Source: a virus (Duplodnaviria; Caudoviricetes). Taken from it: DNA of 27,431 bases. The position numbers and the translations under genes are program-made. The first letter of the stretch is position 1. Every line of letters begins with the position of its first letter. Below, piece after piece: positions 27,180-27,431 of this stretch. The stretch is taken from the IMG/VR virus record IMGVR_UViG_3300024186_000013, positions 1-27,431 of that record; one strand, written 5' to 3'. The notes under the pieces are model-generated. The model was not told the origin of the DNA. It ran no database searches and saw nothing but the letters and a program-made list of their open reading frames with translations.

Positions 27180-27407
27180 ATGAAAAGCTCGAAAGAATTA
27201 TGCCACGGATGCGCAGGGATCGCGCCGGAGCTGGTGCGGGTGGAAGGAGGCGTGGCGTGCCCGGTCTGCGGTCGGAAATGGCTGGAGCGAGGAAGGTTCG
27301 CGATGCCAGTGAAGGGAGTAAGGGTGTCGAAGTGGAGCGAACTGGATGAAGATGGAGCGCGCTGCCGGCTGAAGCCGGGACTCCAAACCGGACTCCGAAC
27401 CTTATGA
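27180..27407 (+). CDS. Small Zn-ribbon protein with REP-derived C-terminus
   Basis: CHGC...CPVC; ends RLKPGLQTGLRTL. Confidence 0.5.
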   Translation: MKSSKELCHGCAGIAPELVRVEGGVACPVCGRKWLERGRFAMPVKGVRVSKWSELDEDGARCRLKPGLQTGLRTL

Positions 27408-27431
27408 GAAGCGTCAGTTACAAAGAGGTGC

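Overview
This window is the left part (~27 kb) of a temperate tailed-phage prophage integrated at a tRNA-Lys(CTT) gene. From left to right it carries a tyrosine integrase, a divergent pair of paralogous ribbon-helix-helix regulators, many small early genes, an excisionase-like HTH, a possible TerS, a replication initiator, an XRE HTH, a SAM-methyltransferase, a TOPRIM primase/DnaB-like helicase, a ParB-family protein, terminase large subunit, DUF5131 (Gp37/Gp68), portal, scaffold, major capsid and a probable head accessory protein. The window ends before any tail or lysis genes or attR. Almost all real genes are on the + strand. The most unusual property is a dense non-protein layer. About ten unrelated short-repeat families (6-, 7-, 8-, 9- and 9/10-bp-period microrepeats plus several REP-like hairpins) all lie in the same orientation, and many are translated in frame inside essential genes (primase, ParB, terminase, portal, scaffold). 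One family marks gene boundaries. A 16-bp palindrome (GTNGAAACGTTTCGAC) also recurs seven times along the element. Protein calls come from motif recognition only, with no database searches. A PVC-group (Verrucomicrobia-like) host is a guess.
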